From assembly GCA_001244265.2 (NCBI GenBank), contig CDLV01000004.1, forward strand, positions 3,286,001 to 3,350,000: 64,000 nt of DNA, written 5' to 3'. Of the stretch, positions 58,989 through 64,000 are shown piece after piece. The notes under the pieces were generated by a model. It did no database searches. It saw only the letters and a program-made list of their open reading frames with translations, and was not told the origin of the DNA. A program made the position numbers and the translations under genes. This DNA comes from Microbotryum violaceum. Taxonomy: Eukaryota. Within the stretch, counting starts at the first letter, position 1, and each line of letters begins with the position of its first letter.

Positions 58989-64000
<5,012 letters not shown>

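Overview
Eukaryotic, intron-containing fungal DNA, most consistent with a TE-rich basidiomycete of the Pucciniomycotina/Microbotryum type (inferred from TE families and TCG>TTG hypermutation). Only two clear host genes are present, VPS35 (+, 34327-38287) and MCM10 (-, ~41486-38466), convergent in a 7.5 kb island. The rest is nested transposons. (1) A family with AGGACCCCCGAAAGCCCAGCC termini and an 8-bp TSD. Its coding copy (from 44449) encodes a P-element/THAP9-like DDE transposase fused to an N-terminal Ulp1/C48 protease-like domain. There is a 2 kb deletion derivative (92-2146) and four ends of a sister family, two of which abut the upstream regions of both host genes. (2) A 14.6 kb TIR element (10234-24811) with a CACTA/Tnp2-type transposase and an atypical 7-bp duplication. 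It splits a DIRS/Ngaro tyrosine-recombinase retrotransposon and itself hosts two MITEs, a Copia element and a LINE fragment. (3) A head-to-tail array of three L1/Tx1-like LINEs. (4) Two further nested Copia elements, a Helitron fragment and other TIR elements. All assignments are by eye from motifs; no searches were run.
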